This document shows, one piece after another, positions 29,921-32,000 of a stretch of DNA of 32,000 nt; position 1 is the stretch's first letter; each line of letters begins with the position of its first letter. Under the pieces are notes generated by a model, which saw nothing but the letters and a program-made list of their open reading frames with translations, was not told the DNA's origin and did not search any database. The position numbers and the translations under genes are program-made. The DNA is from a cyanobacterium endosymbiont of Epithemia turgida isolate EtSB Lake Yunoko (GTDB taxonomy: Bacteria > Cyanobacteriota > Cyanobacteriia > Cyanobacteriales > Microcystaceae): assembly GCF_000829235.1 (NCBI RefSeq), contig NZ_AP012549.1:1470001-1502000 (forward strand), read 5' to 3'.

Positions 29921-30777
29921 AACAATCTTGATTAAGATATTCTATAGTTAGGTTTCACTAATCTTTTTATTCAATTAACACTTTTAATGTTTAAGTCTTA
30001 TTTTTCTTTAAAGAATAAAACAAAAGATAAGGATCAAAACGGTTGAATTTGACTAATAAACTGGCAGTAACAATCAATAATACTGCTATTAAAACAGGGA
30101 CAGAGAAATATGTAAAATTTACATAAATAGTTTTCCTAAATAATAGAGACGGCTAAACAAGTACAATGAATTATTAATGAACGATAAGAAACATAAATTT
30201 CACTATATATTGTAGTTAACTCTCCGGAGGTCAATTTTTAAAACCTAGCTACAGACAAAGCAAAGCCTCTTAGTGTTTTACTGATTGCTGAAAAAACATC
30301 AATAATGATTTTCTTCATTTCCGTATTTTTCCGATCTCTAATATTTAATCAAATAAACCCGGTAAAACTAACCACTCAATCTGGTAATTTAAAGGAAAAG
30401 GATACTAGAAATGTTTCACCTTAAAGTCCATAAGCATGTACATGACGTTCAACGGATTTTGATATTACATAGGTCTGCTAGTGATGTAACAAAAAATCTC
30501 AGATTTTATCGATAAGTAGCTGACTAACCAGAACGAGTAAACTGATATGAATTATCTATGGAAGCTAAAAGTGTAGAATTGGACTGGAATGTTGCTATTA
30601 AAATTAAAGCCAGCAATTCTCTTTATCCGAAATATTTTCTTTTGAGAAAAAATGAGTTTTTGTACATGAGATGAGAGAATCAATTATGTATTGACATTAT
30701 CTCATTTCTTACAAATTAGTCGAGTGCATAAAGTAAACAGAATAAAAAAGTAGTCTTTCGTCATAAATTAGCAAAGA

Positions 30778-31818
30778 ATGGTTACAGTGTTGGCAATTGA
30801 AACAAGTTGTGACGAAACCGCCGTTGCAATCGTAAATGATCGTAATGTTTGGAGTAGTGTAGTAGCCTCACAAATTCCTCTACATCGTATCTATGGTGGT
30901 GTTGTTCCTGAAGTGGCTTCCCGCGAACATTTAATAAAAATCAATCTTTGTATTGAGCAAGCGTTAGTTCAATCCCAAATTAGTTGGCAAAAAATTGATG
31001 GTGTGGCTGCTACTGTCGCCCCAGGATTAGTGGGAGCATTAATGGTAGGAATGACAACAGCTAAAACTCTCTCTCTTGTACACCAAAAGCCTTTTATTGG
31101 TGTTCATCACCTCGAAGGACATATTTACGCAACTTACTTAAGTGAATCTACTTGGAAACCCCCATTTTTATGTTTGTTGGTATCAGGCGGTCATACCAGC
31201 CTAATACAAGTTCAAGATTGTGGAGTCTATAAACAATTGGGCACAACCCGTGATGACGCGGCCGGAGAAGCATTTGATAAAGTTGGAAGGTTATTAAATT
31301 TAGGCTATCCAGGGGGACCAGCCATTGATCGCTTCGCTAAAATCGGTAATCCTAAGGCGTTTCTTTTCCCAGAAGGACGGATTTCTTTACCAGAAGGTGG
31401 CTATCATCCTTATGATTTTAGTTTTAGCGGTTTGAAAACAGCAGTATTACGGTTAGTTAACAAATTAGAAAAAGAAAGTAATAACCCATTGCCTGTAGCT
31501 GATATAGCAGCCAGTTTTCAGGAAACTGTAGCACGCTCACTCACGAAAAAAACTATTGCCTGTGCTCTAGATTATGGTCTTCATTCTATTGCTGTTGGGG
31601 GAGGCGTTGCTGCTAATAGTGAACTGAGAAAACAGTTAGAAGTATCAGGAGTTAAACACAATCTAAAAATTCATTTTCCTCCTCTAAGATTATGCACTGA
31701 TAATGCTGCAATGATTGGTTGTGCTGCAGCTGATCATCTTTCCCGAGGACACACTTCTTCTTTGACTTTGAATGTGACTTCTCAATTGTCTATTACTGAA
31801 GTTATGCAACTTTATTGA
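30778..31818 (+). CDS. tsaD: tRNA N6-adenosine threonylcarbamoyltransferase
   Basis: 346 aa. Kae1/TsaD signatures: [63 protein letters not shown]. Confidence 0.95.
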   Translation: [346 protein letters not shown]

Positions 31819-32000
31819 TTAATAATTATTAATTATTTAATTGTGTTTAAGCTCTTTTTATTCACTAAGAAATAAAAAAACTTTTAAGTGAATATGATGA
31901 ACTACAAATTGGCATGAAATAATTTTATATACAAAAACACAATACATGATTATATCGATAATATCATTGTTAAGTTAGGTAGTTTATAAGAACAGTAGTA

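Noticed and set aside
1-32000. Idea that the deserts are genes read in an alternative genetic code
   Set aside because: All recognisable intact genes start and stop normally in the standard code. The deserts carry TAA, TAG and TGA densely in all six frames. Recognisable relics such as bioB and tnpB need frameshifts, not just stop reassignment, to be read.

Overview
This is an AT-rich cyanobacterial chromosome segment, identified by ndhH, petL, ldpA, ftrC and a CPP1-like J-protein, and it shows advanced genome erosion. Summing the coordinates below, only about 12.7 kb of 32 kb (about 40 %) is intact gene. Eighteen mostly housekeeping CDS plus tRNA-Ser(GCU) sit as islands between five very AT-rich deserts: 3.5-6.0, 7.1-10.8, 11.2-13.9, 22.2-24.1 and 26.6-28.9 kb. 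The deserts hold dead genes at different stages of decay. Three are readable by eye: a frameshifted biotin synthase (bioB) next to an intact biotin transporter (bioY), an ABC substrate-binding lipoprotein, and an IS200/IS605-type tnpB. Weaker scraps look SpoU-methyltransferase-like, pentapeptide-repeat and membrane-protein-like. The ORF track misses a 33-codon petL stranded in the first desert. The deserts also contain many long, perfectly paired AT-rich inverted repeats. One of the same style (25-bp stem) is the obvious bidirectional terminator downstream of rpe, so the others look like orphan terminators or de novo palindromes. I see no CRISPR array, defence island, prophage or novel multi-gene operon. 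The interesting biology is the erosion pattern itself, the switch from biotin synthesis to uptake, the hairpin population, and one RHH-domain gene surviving alone in a 6.8-kb desert. The organism cannot be assigned from this window. The pattern resembles recently host-restricted cyanobacterial symbionts.
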